Shown: one piece after another, positions 36,422 to 48,800 of the stretch
Layout: each line of letters opens with the position of its first letter
How positions within the stretch are numbered: the first letter of the stretch is position 1
Origin: Macrostomum hystrix
Lineage: Eukaryota; Animalia; Platyhelminthes
Assembly (NCBI GenBank): GCA_950097015.1
Contig: CATNEN010000011.1
Span: 62,001 to 126,000 of the forward strand
Length of the DNA: 64,000 nucleotides
Direction: 5' to 3'
Notes under the pieces: model-generated
The model's database searches: none
The model's input: only the letters and a program-made list of their open reading frames with translations
Told to the model about the DNA's origin: nothing
Translations under genes and position numbers: made by a program

Positions 36422-36976
36422 CTAGCCTAGTCGGTTGCTAACGATTTGGAGCTTAACACTAACTGACAGAGCTCTTCTCTTGCACTTCAGAGTTGCAGCA
36501 TATTTCTTTGCTCGATTTACAAGCTTTCTACTGAGTGTGCGTTTCCGCACGCGATTCACCTTTAGCTGCTGCTTCTTCCTCTTTTTCAACTCCATCAGCG
36601 TTGCTAATTTGCGCTCCTCATACGTTGGATCCAATGAATAGTGGTGCAAAGTCGGCATCTCCGGCTCCTGGTTGTATGGGTGGAGGACCGGAGGCTCCAC
36701 TTTCCATTCTAAGTTTGGAATGGCTCCTGGACGAAGGCGCTTGCGACTTTTGCCTGGCGACTTTGCACCTTGTGAGACAACTATGTAGGACGTTGGACTA
36801 AAATGCAGATCGCAAAGATAGTTCACCTGACTTTCCAGAAATCCTGGGCGCGTTTCCACATTTGCTGTCCACTGCCTTCGAAGCTCTTGTTCATTCGGGT
36901 ATGCAAAAAATGATCGCTCTGGGTCGCCTTGAATTGATGTGCAGTTTATTGCAGAACACTTTCGATGTTTCTACAT
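36422..36976 (-). pseudogene. THAP DNA-binding domain exon of the P-like transposase
   Basis: Reads M*KHRKCSAINC...YPNEQELRRQW...YLCDLHF...RLRPGAIP (C2CH THAP signature); TAG at codon 2. Confidence 0.85.
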
Positions 36977-37229
36977 TCTTCGCTTCAGTTAGTCAGAGCA
37001 ACGAGCAAAGCGAATGAATCCACTGGCAATCGATTCTTGACTTTGCGCTAGTTTAAGAGGGGGTTTGTGGGGTAAGGAAAGGAAGGAAAGGAAGGAATTT
37101 GGTGGTGGGGGTGGCCCAGCCAATAGGAGAGAAGTGACCGCTTCGTGGGTCACATTTTCGACAAGTCCTCAGTGTACATTGGGGACACAGCGGCAATCTA
37201 GTTGTCTATAAATAATATTTGGTACCAAC

Positions 37230-38013
37230 CTGATCAGCTCGTTAAGGGCCTTCATGCACTCCTCCTTACTCTCCGCGGCAACCAGAAAGTCATCTAGGTA
37301 GACTGACACGTTGCTATGGCCACGCCGCACCATCATTCTCTTGACCGCCTGGGTCAGTCGGTAGAAAATCTCGACCGAGGCGCAGCTACCGAATGGCAGC
37401 CGTGTGTCAACGAGCCACGTCAGGTCTTGACTGCCTTTAAAACGCCACCCAATGCCAGTTGCCTGATAGTCGTCCGAGTGAATAGCAACACTTCTGTAGG
37501 CGTGGGAGAGATCGAGCTTAGCCATAAACCAGCCTTTTGCAATTGAAGACGCGACTTCCTTGACGGACTCGAACTTTGGGCTGAGCTTTTTCGAATAGTT
37601 GTCATTAACCGAGCAGCCTATGGGCTTGCTGCAGTCGTGAATAAGGCGAACTTTCCCATTGTCTTTAGCAATGGCGCCAAGAGGGCTCACCATAGTTGGC
37701 TTCTCGGCAACCACCAGATATCTACCATTGTCGATCTCCTCTTTAATCTGCAGCTCAACAGCACGATGATAAGCATTGGTTGACATGTAATTAGCATGAA
37801 AAGTTTCCTGAAGCACTTCGCCATCAGTAATGCGAAAACCATTAGCGATGCCATCTAAAATAAAATCGCGATCCGGATCATCCAACAGCTCCGACTTCCA
37901 CGAACAAAAACGCAGACTAGCTCCTCCACTCTGAGCAGTTGGATTGATAAAATTGATATTAAGCCGCTCACATGACGGGTTCTCGGGATTAAAATTGGGC
38001 ACCGCCGCTATTA
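37230..38013 (-). pseudogene. 5' half of Ngaro-2 RT
   Basis: DPDRDFILDGIANGF, RLIHDCS, KLDLSHAY, RLPFG, YLDDF. Confidence 0.92.
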
Positions 38014-39133
38014 GTTTTTTGTGGGGTGGTTGGCCTCCGGGTGGGCCTCAAAGCAGATGCGGTAGACGTGCCGGAATTTGCAAATTGACCGGAAGCAGCC
38101 CCTGCGGTTGAAATGCAAGCAGATTTACTCCCCGTCTGGGGTCCTGAGGCTCCTGGGGTCTATTGGCTTCTCGTTCTGAAAGCGCTGCTGCCGAGACTGC
38201 GATGCTGACTTATTTGCTGCCGGATTGGCAGGAGCTCCGGCTTTAATCAAATGCATCGCCACAAACTGAAAGGACTCCTTGCCCCAGCGCATGCCGGTCT
38301 CGGCCTGTTTGCAGCGATAGTCTTCGTCAAATCAGTTCACCTGAGCCAGGCTGAAGCCAGCCTCGAACAGCTCGCCAATCTGGATCGAATAGCGCAGATA
38401 ATTCATCAAATTGGTGGCATCAACAGATCCGTCCTTTTCAATCACTAAATCTCCATCCTTGATCATCTGCATCATCAGTCTGCAATTGCCGACCATGTAC
38501 CGCGCTGCTGAGATACTGTCAGGGCTCGGCTTTCTGCTCTTCTAAGTAATTCGCCCTCCGGCTCCATTAGCTAGGACCTCTTCCTGCTCAAAACCATCCA
38601 AGAAGTCGCGAATCAGAAAAACTTTGCGCCGGCAAGGGCACGCGGCACTCGGATTCGCCCTGTCCTGTAACAGCAGTCTTTCCAGCAGCTCATTGCGATT
38701 CTCTTGCTCTTGTTCCTGATAATCCCGCAATTCAAAGAGGCAATCAGGGTCAACAGGTCTGGTAAACTCACTGCGGCTATTCGACTGCGCGGTCGGACGC
38801 TCGCCTTCCACGCTGCCGATCTCCTTCCTCAGTTGAGCAGCTTCTTTGCGTAGCTGAAGCAGTCTGATCTTCTTCTGCGCCTTCGCGATGTCTTCGTCCA
38901 GGCCCACCGCCGACTCCCGAGCCGCCCCAGCCACGATCTCGTCATCTGCATTCGATCCTGTTGAGCCCCGCTCCAAGTTTTGCAAGACCTCTCTCTGTCC
39001 ATGACTGGTCCGGAGCCGCTAGTAGGGCGCTGACGAGTTCGGTCTTGTTACCGCGATTGCTAACATTTGCGCGTGTGCACAACGCTTGCAAGGCCGCCTT
39101 GCGAAGCTGCAGTAAGCTCTCACGGTCAGCCAT
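38011..39133 (-). pseudogene. Ngaro-2 ORF1 (gag-like), with stops and a frameshift
   Basis: ATG at 39133 (MADRESLLQLRKAALQALCTRANVSNRGNKTELV, SAP-like); similarity to Ngaro-1 ORF1 (LRKEAA, YLRY..IGELF, terminal C..C...H...C); TAG/TGA in frame. Confidence 0.8.
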
Positions 39134-39328
39134 GGAACAATAAATTATCAATAAGCCTCTCGGAGAGACGCGCCGGCGCACAGCGCGCCACACTAAATAG
39201 GGCTGGGCAAGGCCTACCCCAAGAGGGGGGCGGCCCCGCGACCAGGCAACGCACATGCACCCCCGCACCAATGCACAAGCCCCCAACCCCCGGTTTAACC
39301 TCCAACCAAGCTACGCTCGGTCGGACCA

Positions 39329-40662
39329 TTTGCAAAGATCGATACATGCTGCTATTTAAGCATTTTGAAGGGACACTCAAGGCTGTAGCTAGTTTGCTTA
39401 ACTAGTGAAAGTGCTCTTACTCTAGCCAAGAGGAAGATATGAACGCAGCTAAAGTTTTATCTAGCTGCTCCCACAGATGTCTTGTGCAGCAATATCAGAA
39501 CCAATGATTGCTATTGCAGCTTACAGCTAGCATGCCTGACATTGAAAAGCGCTTTGATTCACGCTCACACAGGAACAACCATAGAAAACAATCTTGCTCC
39601 GTGTAGCGATCTAGAACAGCTTTGCGCGTGCCTCTCGCACAGATCGATATATGCTGCTATTTCAGAACTAAGGAACTGTCTCTGTGAACTGGGCGCTGAG
39701 GCTATAATTAAATTCCTTGAATGAAACGTGCGTTTACATACTCTCAATCAGCAGAAATGTAGAAACGCAGCTACGCTCACACAGGAACAACCATAGAAAA
39801 CAATCATGCTCCTTGTAGCGATCTAGAACAGCTTTGCGCGTGCTTCTCACACAGATCGCGCTATATTGCTTTTCTGAACTATGTTGGGGCGCTGAGGCTC
39901 GAATTTGTTTCCTTGATTGGAACTGGCGCTTACACAGTCTCCCAGTCAGCTGGTAGATATGAACGAAGCAAAAGTTTTAGCTAGCTGCTCCCACAGATGT
40001 CATTATGCTGCAATGTTAGAACTAGGCTCAGGCTTTTGCAAATCACGCCGTACTTGAAAAAGCGTAAAGAACAATTTAAGCTTCTTGCACGCGCACTAGA
40101 ACAGCTTTGTGCTGCTTGCAAATATCGATACATGCTGCTAGTTAAGCATTTTAAAAGGACACTCGAGGCTCTAGATAGTTCCCTTAGTAAAAGTGCGTTT
40201 ACTCTAGTCTAGAAAAAGATATGAACGAAGCTAAAGTTTCATCTAGCTGCTCCCACAGATGTCTTGTGCAGCAATATCAGAACCAATGATTGCTATTGCA
40301 GCTTACAGCTAGCATGCCTGACATTAAAAAGCGCTTTGATTCACGCTTACACAGGAACAACCATAGAAAACAATCATGCTTCTTGTAGCGATCTAGAACA
40401 GGTTTGCGCGTGCTTCTCGCACAGATCGATATATGCTGCTATTTCAGAACTAAGGAACTGTGTCTGTGAACTGGGCGCTGAGGCTATAATTGAATTCGTT
40501 GATTGAAACGTGCGTTTACACACTCTCAATCAGCAGGAATATAGAGACGCAGCTACCGTTCCAGCTAGCTGCCCCTACAGATATCATTACGATGCAATGT
40601 TAGAAATAAGTACCGCTTTTTGCAAATCACGCCGTACATTGAAAAGCGAAAAGAACAATTTA
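39329..40662. repeat. Satellite array block 4, most diverged; array edge
   Basis: Same satellite with many variants (e.g. aaaagcgctttgattcacgct); ends near 40662. Confidence 0.92.
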
Positions 40663-40884
40663 ATTTTAGCAAAGAAACGCGCATGCTAGTTGTTGTTCCT
40701 TTCATGTATTATTAAACAGTTACCTAGTAAAAAGAAAAAAATGTGATTTTAGTGTCTATTACTAGCAAGTTTTGCCCCCTCTTCGGGGCGCAGAAATAGT
40801 TTTAATTCGTCCAGTATATACTTTTTAGCAGCTGTAGTTTCAGCTTTTTTAAAGCTACAATGATCCCCCAGTTGATGATCCCCC

Positions 40885-41174
40885 GCGTGCTGCAGCGCCA
40901 CCGCTGCCTGCCGGTGCGACCGACGAGGCCGACCGACCGCCGCCAAGCGCACAACGCGCCGCCGCCCTCCCCAGCCGTCGGCAACCGCCTCGCCAGTGCC
41001 GCCCGACGACTTTCGGAGCCTAGCTCGGTGCTGGGGGGAGCCCTGTGGCGGCCAGGTCTGCACGCGTCGCGACTCTAGGTGTATATGCACACAAACCCCG
41101 GGCCGCCTGACTGGGGGGTGGGTGCACCCGACCCACCGGCTCGCTAAGCCGGTGGGTTACGGACTCTCGCCACC
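40885..41174 (+). mobile_element. 3' remnant of a Gypsy element (pol tail, PPT, short LTR about 41044-41174)
   Basis: ccgcctcgccagtgccgcccgacgactttcggagcctag...ctggggggagccctgtggcgg resembles the minus-strand 3' end of the Gypsy at about 51.5-51.6 kb. Confidence 0.65.
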
Positions 41175-41276
41175 TTACGCGCACCTCCCCACGCTCCGAA
41201 GCGCTATTTAAGATTTGTTTGACTAATAAATAAATTTACCCTTTCTCGCGCACTGCATTTCATTTGCGAGACACTA

Positions 41277-41492
41277 AAATCCCCCATTTGATGATGAGTC
41301 CCCATTGATGATGATCCCCAGTTGACAATGATACCCCAGTTGACAATGATCCCCAAGTTGATAATGATCACCCAGTTGACATGATCCCCCAGTTGACAAT
41401 GATCCCCCAGTTGACAATGATCCCCCCAGTTGACCATGATCCCCTATTTGATGATGACTCCCCATTGATGATGATCCGCAGTTGACAATGTT
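41277..41492. repeat. About 18-bp minisatellite (gatcccccagttgacaat)
   Basis: About 12 imperfect tandem copies; two more at about 40858-40884. Confidence 0.85.
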
Positions 41493-41666
41493 CCTCAGTT
41501 GAATTTTTATATTAGCTGCTTTTGTAGTAAATTGAGAAGAACAACATTAAATGAATATTAGACACAATTATTAGCATACAAATATATATCATTGTGACGT
41601 TATACGATAACAAAACTTACGCTCGTAAATGTAGAGAATTCGATTAAAAAACAAAAGAAAAATTTT

Positions 41667-41878
41667 GCCATGATTCACACCCTGGTTTAGCCATGATTCA
41701 AACTCTGGTTTAGCCATGATTCAAACATTGGTTTAGCCATGATTCAAACTCTGGTTTAGCCATGATTCAAACTCTGGTTTAGCCATGATTCAAACTCTGG
41801 TTTAGCCATGATTCAAACTCTGGTTTAGCCATGATTCAAACTCTGGTTTAGCCATGATTCAAGCTCTGATTTAGCCAT
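41667..41878. repeat. 23-bp minisatellite (gccatgattcaaactctggttta)
   Basis: About 9 near-perfect tandem copies. Confidence 0.92.
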
Positions 41879-42015
41879 AAAGAATGGTAAAATCGGTTCA
41901 GCAGTTTTTTCTCTAATCAAAAGTGAACACACACACATTCAATCAGCTAGGGGCAATTTGACGATGCAATTCTAATTCAGTGGCAGTGAGTAAAATTCTC
42001 AATAGGCCAAGATGG

Positions 42016-42134
42016 TTTGACCTTTGAAAATTTTCAAAGGTCAAAAAGGATAAAAGTTCGAAAACCATGATTTTTTGCCCATTTTTTTTAATTTTTAAAA
42101 TGGGCAAAAAATCATGGTTTTCGAACTTTTATCC
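42016..42134. repeat. Adjacent perfect palindrome (30 bp) and 38-bp-arm inverted repeat
   Basis: tttgacctttgaaaattttcaaaggtcaaa at 42016-42045; arms 42048-42085 and 42097-42134 with an 11-nt loop. Confidence 0.92.
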
Positions 42135-42834
42135 CATTTAGAATGAAGCAATTTCTTAGCAAAAAGTTGTGTACCGTTGTCGTCAAATTTCGCATCTTTT
42201 GGCGAAAGAATGGTGAAAATCGGTTCAGTCGTTTTTTCTCTAAACTACGAGTATATATATATATAGTTTTGAATTTTAGTATAGGGAGGATTGAATTTTA
42301 GTATAGGGATTGTGAGAAGTCAATGCTGTGAGTCTGTGAAAACTTAGAAGTATAGACAGATAAAGGTAAGGTAGGAATGGCAAAAGATTGTACGTCGTAA
42401 TAACATGATGCTCGATGTAAAAAATATAATAACATTATCTTCACAAATTCAATTATATAACATGAGGGATTAACATAGTTAAAAATTTTGGTTTAAATAA
42501 ATCTATGAGAAATTACTTTTACATAGACAAACAAGCGCAGTTATGCATTTTCGTATATACTCGTAGGATTACACATTTAGCATGTAGGTCTTTAAAATGT
42601 AGAATGTAAAAATATGAAGCGCATTAAAAGAAAGTTTGAAAAATTTGGACAAAGAGTAACATTAGTACCAGAACTCTGATTGCGTCTCAATTAGGTCCAT
42701 GTCCCATGCGAACTAATTAAGATACATGTACCTCTTGTTGCAGTTGCATTCTAAAGTTGCATTTTTTGAACAATACTTAGGGTCTTTAGTCGGAAATTTA
42801 GCTAGCTTGACAGCCTAAATACGTGTCGAAAAGC

Positions 42835-45800
42835 TCATTCACTATTCAGTAGACTCTGGGGAATCTCGGGCAGCAACCTCGCCCACTCGATCAGATCGTT
42901 ATTCGCAATCTCAACTTCAGTGAGGAACCGCTGCACAAGCTTCCATTGCTTTATTGGACCATGCTTCTCGCCAGTCTTAGTGTTTACAAATCTGACTGAC
43001 TGCACTTTCATCTCCGCAAAGGTCAGTTCCTGGATGATGAGTTGAGTTGGATTTGACAGAATGTGAGCAGTTTTGTTAAATAGATAAGCCAGCTGTTAGT
43101 TGTTGGATAAGCCAATAGCAGAATAATAATAACAGCTTTACTGCCTCTACTGGCATATTTTTTCGTGAAGTAAGTAGTGATATAACTTAAGGAGAATTTA
43201 GCATTATTTTTCAAATCAACTAGTAGTAACTTGACTTTGAAAAGTAAGTGGTAGTAACTATAATTAATTCACTTCACATTTAAACTCTTACATTTTTTCT
43301 TTATATTTTTCTCATATAATCAATAATCTGACTAATCACGGGTTAAAAACTCTAAACTGCATACATTAGTCATACATTTTCTGGGAGACTTACCTTAAAC
43401 CGACAAAGGTTGGCAACATGGTTGCCGCAGTGACGGCACAGAAGAGCCACACCAAGCACTGTATAGTCGATGAAGCTTCTGCTTGGAAATTCGCGGCGCG
43501 CAATCAGTCGATTAGTTAACAGCTCAGCATCAAGAGCCAGCCGGTGGCAGCCCTGGGCCAGACGGAGCCGGTCACTCTTAGTGAGGTGAATTCCGCATTC
43601 CAGGCAGTCGACACTGAACTCAGAGTTACGGTTGGCTTCGGCGACAGTGGTATGACGGTCAAGCTGTTGGCGCGCTTCTGTGCGTAACAAGCACTGCTCC
43701 ACTTGGACCTTCACCACAAAAGTTTGTCGTTGTGGTCATTATACTATACCATAGAAAAAAGTAAATCGTAATTCGATGTAAAGTAAGGCATACGAGCTAA
43801 TTGTCATTACTTCCCCCTTCTCTCTGTGCTTGTTAAGGTTTGCGCGCCCTGTTATTGAACTTTCTTTTTTCCCACTATCTGTTAATAGAATTCTAGATAA
43901 TTACTGGAAGTGGTGGCTTTTTTAGACTTGATAAAAAGCGTACACAACCGGGCCGACTTGCTCAAACTGGCTTTATTTTCCCCACAAAACTTTATTATCA
44001 TGGGAACTCCGGGGGACTAGCGTTTTATGAGGGGTACAAAGGAGTTTTTTGGAGAGTAAGAGAGGTCTAGTAAAGATCGGGGTTTCGCACATTTTCGGGC
44101 CAGTAAGTACATACTAGCCAGGCCGGGCCTTGTTTGGGGCAGAAATTGAGTCTACAGACCTAACTAGCGCACATTTGGGAGCAGTGTTAAATAATTTTAC
44201 GGCTCGTAAATTAATTTTCCTTGCATTGTGGGAAATAACGAAGCGCTCAAGCTTTGGTATGACTTGACTAGCATTCTGAGACTCTACAAAGACTGCAAAT
44301 TCTCAATTCAACAATCTTTACACTAAATGGACTATATAACCCATGCACCAGCTACTTCGAGTCGAAGTGTCTTTCACGAACTTCCACTGCACGATGGAGC
44401 ATCTCAGGTTGTGCTGCCAGTCAAAGCAGACATTCCCCAGAATTTATCGTCTTTGCAATGATTCTAAAATCAACAAGCACGGCTTGCTATCAAACGCTGT
44501 TACACCAAGCTGACATGAAGCTGCCATCTATCAGACGATTGACTGCGATAGCTAGTCCTCTATCTCTGAGCCCTGGTGTCTCGGAAGAAAGGTATATTCA
44601 TTGAAGAACGCAAGATCTTTCAATCTCGAAGTGCAATTTAAATATGTTAATTTTTAATTCATCGTAGTCGAAGAATAGACAACTCCATCAGGCGCGATTG
44701 TAGGCATGCAAGAAGCTGCTCTACCATTGACTATGCTTTGCTTTATGGTTAAATCATTGCGGGAAATTTCGCGATGTTGTTAGGCTTTTCCCAGTAATCA
44801 AGCTAACTCAGGATATGCTGCGTTAACACTACCAGCGTGTTATAGAAATGCTGCATCTCACCAAGTTAGATATCGTGACGATCTTGGTAGATAATCATGC
44901 CGCTAACCGTGCATTTCTTGCTCACAAGCTGTCAGGGAAATATCCAATCTTGGATTCCTCACCCATTCGACGCCGGCAAGATAATTTTTCTCTTATTCGA
45001 TCCGACTCACACAGTAAAGAATATCTACAATAACTTTAGGAACAGTGTATTCTAGAGCTTCCTAATATAGAAAGTCAATTATTTGTTAACCAATCGACAA
45101 AAGAATCAGGGACTAACTTAATTATTGCCGATTTAAAAACATCAAAGAGTTATACGAGATGGAAAAGAACGCCGTTGAAGCTGGCTCTGAAGCTAAATGC
45201 AAGTGTGATTGAACCTAAAAGCATCCAGAAAACGTCCCCAAAGCTCGCACTGGCAGTTTTTTTGAAAACCGCAAGAGCGCTCTAGCTTTACTCTGAATTA
45301 TGTCTAACCGTGGTCTGGTACTGCGCTTTTTGTTTGGTCGACTTAAGCACGTTCTGAAAGTTAAGACGAGTACAATCGGCAAGCACAAGCGAGACAACAG
45401 TAGAGACCCCATTAGGTCCGATAACGATCCGATATAGAATATCTGAAAGATGTGGCGAGCTACTTGCGCGAGTGGAAGACCTGTAAAAGCAAAGGTTTGA
45501 GTGACGAAACCTCTCTGGCTCTTAGCCACACTCTGGATGCACTTGTTGAAACATACAGGCACCTGTTGAACAACTTCGCGTTTGAGTACGTTCTCTCAGG
45601 AGCGATGCAATCTGAACTAATTGAGGGCAGATTCGGATGGTATCGAATCGGACTGAACAACTACGTCTCATGTAAAGATGTTTTAGATTGTGAAAAGGCT
45701 GTTCGCTCTGTTTCGCTTCTAAAGTTTAGTTGTGTAGCACCTCAGGACATCCAGTCTCTTGCAACGGACAGAATTATCGATAGTCTGGGAATCAAAGAGG

Positions 45801-48800
45801 AAGCTGAGCAAATAGTGAGCCAACTAAATCTTGATCAGGAGATTGCGCCCGCCGATTCAAACATCACGTATTATGTCGCGGGCAAGTTTGCTATATCAAT
45901 GCTTCACAAAAGCAATGTCCTCTCAGCTCATTGCCTCTCAGCACAATGACCTTTCTGCTAACGCCGTCGACGTGTCGTCAATTTTTTTGCAACGTCAATC
46001 GAGGAGGCATATCTAGACCTTCTATTCTTGTTTTCAGAATTTGTAACGATGTATGGAAAGTAATCTTGCAGTTGCAGAGCAGCCAACAATTTATGGAGCC
46101 GCAACACCGCTACGTTGTTCTGTTCGATTCGATTTACTCAAGGATCTTCAAGGGGCTCCCGTATCTGCGATTTCGAACGCACTGCGAGTATTGACATCCG
46201 ATTTCGCAACTCCTGTGCCGGAAAATGTTTAACACTGCTGCAAAAAATTAGACTCGAAGGCTTTCGGCCTTGGCAACTCCTGCGAGAAAGCTTGCGAAAT
46301 TATACAAACAGTGACGTGTACGTTTTAATCTTTGGCCTATATAATTATCATCGTCCGATATTTCTACTATCTAACAGGTAAACTAAAAAAAAGGAGTTTA
46401 AGTTTTAATATTTGATATATCACGTACGTATTAGCTAATAAGAAGCAGCTATTTAAGTCGGCCCGGTTGTGTACGCCCTCCCCAAAAGCCTTCACTTCCA
46501 TTAGTAATCTAGAATTCTATGATCTGTTCAACTTGTTAGCTCTTTCCTTTCCCTCGTCTCTGGTTAGCTAGCAACTCGTCTCTTTTTTATCGTATCACTC
46601 CCCTTTCAGCTCATACTCTCTGGCCCGTCCTTACTTGTGTTCTTTCTACCTTCTGCCCCCTCCATATCTCTTGGTAAATATATTCGATTCTTCGGCCTGC
46701 CGTTTTCGATTCGTTCCGTGCCGTAAATACTGCGAAGACTCAATTCATTTTAAGTAGTCACTACAATAGTTACATCAGACGCATATGCTACTGGTAGTAT
46801 AAACCTATATAATAGTTATTTTCAGTCAAAATGAATTATAAGACTCACCATCTGTGCAAAGTCTTTAGTTGCAAGCCCGCTTAGTTTTGTCACAGCCTCA
46901 AGCATCATAGCGTCCCGGGCCTGATTAAGTCGCTCCTTCTCTCCAAGCCAGCTCATTTCGTTGGGCACAATCACGTGATACACACTGCCCTCAGCGCGGC
47001 CTCTGCCTCGACTTTGGACCATAGCAATCTCGTTAGTCACATGACAAAAACGAACAACGGTGTTGCACTTTTGCACATCAAGGCCTTCTTCTGTGACGCT
47101 GGTGCTAATAATAATTTTTACCGAACCGCGACGGAATTCACTTAGCAGATCCGACTGGCCAATTTGCGTAATTCCACCCTGGCGGAGTAGTGAGGTCAAA
47201 TATTAAATATAAAAAAGATTGCTAGAAAGAAGAAACACCAAATGTCAGATTCTCTATAGTCATGGGTTTCCTGAAAATTTTTTACTATATCAAATTAGAA
47301 ATTGACCCCCTGATCTGTCACACGAAAGACATTATTTTTCATTGCCTAAGCTCTCAAATGACCACGAGTCAGCTATTCGCAGATTTAACAGATTATTAAG
47401 CTTACAGAATCACTAGAAGCATTAGCTCCAGTTATGACGCCTGTTCGAATACCGGCCATACGTAACTCTGTTGACTCCACATCCAAAAAGTTTTTTACAG
47501 CAACAGTGAAGCAACGCTGCTGCACGAAGACAAGCGCGCGAGAATCCGGTTGGCGTTTGAATTGATCAGCCAAGATTTCACGCAGCTGCGCCAGGGCAGG
47601 ACTATGTCTTGCCGCTACAGGGTTCTCAGAACAGTGGGCTCGCATCTGGGGCAGCAGATTCTGATTTAGAAGATCGCGAAGCTGGGCGTCAAGCTCGCAT
47701 GTTGGCTGTCTGGTGTGGACAGAGAAAAAAATTATTAAGTCAAGCATTGCAAGAGAAACGAATCTGATTTAGAGTAAATAGACAGCAGTCCATTCCACAT
47801 TCAGCTTAATTTTATACCTACAAGTGAGAAAAAGCTGCAGTTTGGAATGCTGCTTTTGGTCACAATTGGTCTTAATATTAAGATATAAGACAATATCTTA
47901 ACTATGAAAACAGTGTTAAAAAAAATTGGGATACATAGGTAGAAGAATACTCCCTAATAGTTCAGCATCGAGTAATTCCCAGAAAACAAATCACTAGTTA
48001 AATAGAATAGTTGCAAGAACTATTAATTTTTACCAATTACTATTGCGCTATGTGTTATAGTGCTACGTTTAGTTTAGTTTATCAAGCTAAAACATAGGAA
48101 TACGGTTTCAAACTTTAAAGCGCACCTATCCGTTACATTAGTGTCGCACAGGTGTTCCTCGATGTAAGCTAAAGCGTCGGTACATCGAAACAGGCTCCAC
48201 AGAAGTGTGGCCACATTGCAGTGATGCAGGCGTCTCCAAACCGTGGCCGCTTCAACAAAGCGAGCAGATAAGCGAGAGCGCAGCTCACCGCAGAAGTTTG
48301 TATAGAGGAAAGTGTTGCGTGGCGGTGGAGTAAGCGGAGCAAGACCCATCCGGTCACAGGCCTCGGCCAAGCCCTGTGTGGTGGATCAGCTTAACAATAA
48401 GAATAGCAAGCTAAGAATAACAATTCGTTGGCTGCCTGCTAGTTAAAGCTGGCGCCCCGGCGGTGTTCCTCTGTTCACCCCTAATCCCTGCGGCGCGCCT
48501 AGTGAAACAGCATTTTTTCACTGACGTTTTTAAGGTATTGTTTTTGAGGTGCTGACATTTTATCGATGTGAAAAGTTAAATTGTTGTCTTACGAAATTTT
48601 CTGAATTGACTCGTACTTTGATGACCAATAAACGAAAGTGGTCAATAATTTGTCTTACTTATCACAAGTAATTGACTGTTACAACTACTGTAGCTTAAAG
48701 GTAAGTTTCTTTCATTTCTCGAAAGGACCATTGCAGATCATGCTGATCAGTTTTAAAGCTTATTTGCGAACCAAAAGTCGCAAGACTGCCAAGTTACACC

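Larger units (their letters stand above)
31800..37221 (-). mobile_element. P-superfamily (THAP) DNA transposon, internally rearranged, with cargo
   Basis: 30-bp TIRs caaagattatttatagacaactagatcgcc (2 mismatches); 8-bp TSD gtaccaac at 31792-31799 and 37222-37229; THAP domain and P-transposase fragments inside. Confidence 0.92.
29432..39328 (-). mobile_element. Ngaro-type tyrosine-recombinase retrotransposon, family 2, degenerate, RT interrupted by a P-like element
   Basis: Repeats B2 29432-29489, A2 29611-29786, B1 29788-29845, A1 39148-39328; satellite continues in phase across the insertion (gctgt / tttgcaaag). Confidence 0.92.

Noticed and set aside
1-40662. CRISPR-like or repeat-spacer array
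   Set aside because: The whole unit is repeated with no unique spacers and no cas genes; the context is eukaryotic.
40749-41090. 113-aa minus-strand ORF
   Set aside because: Spans the antisense of a Gypsy remnant plus flanking DNA; no coherent protein.
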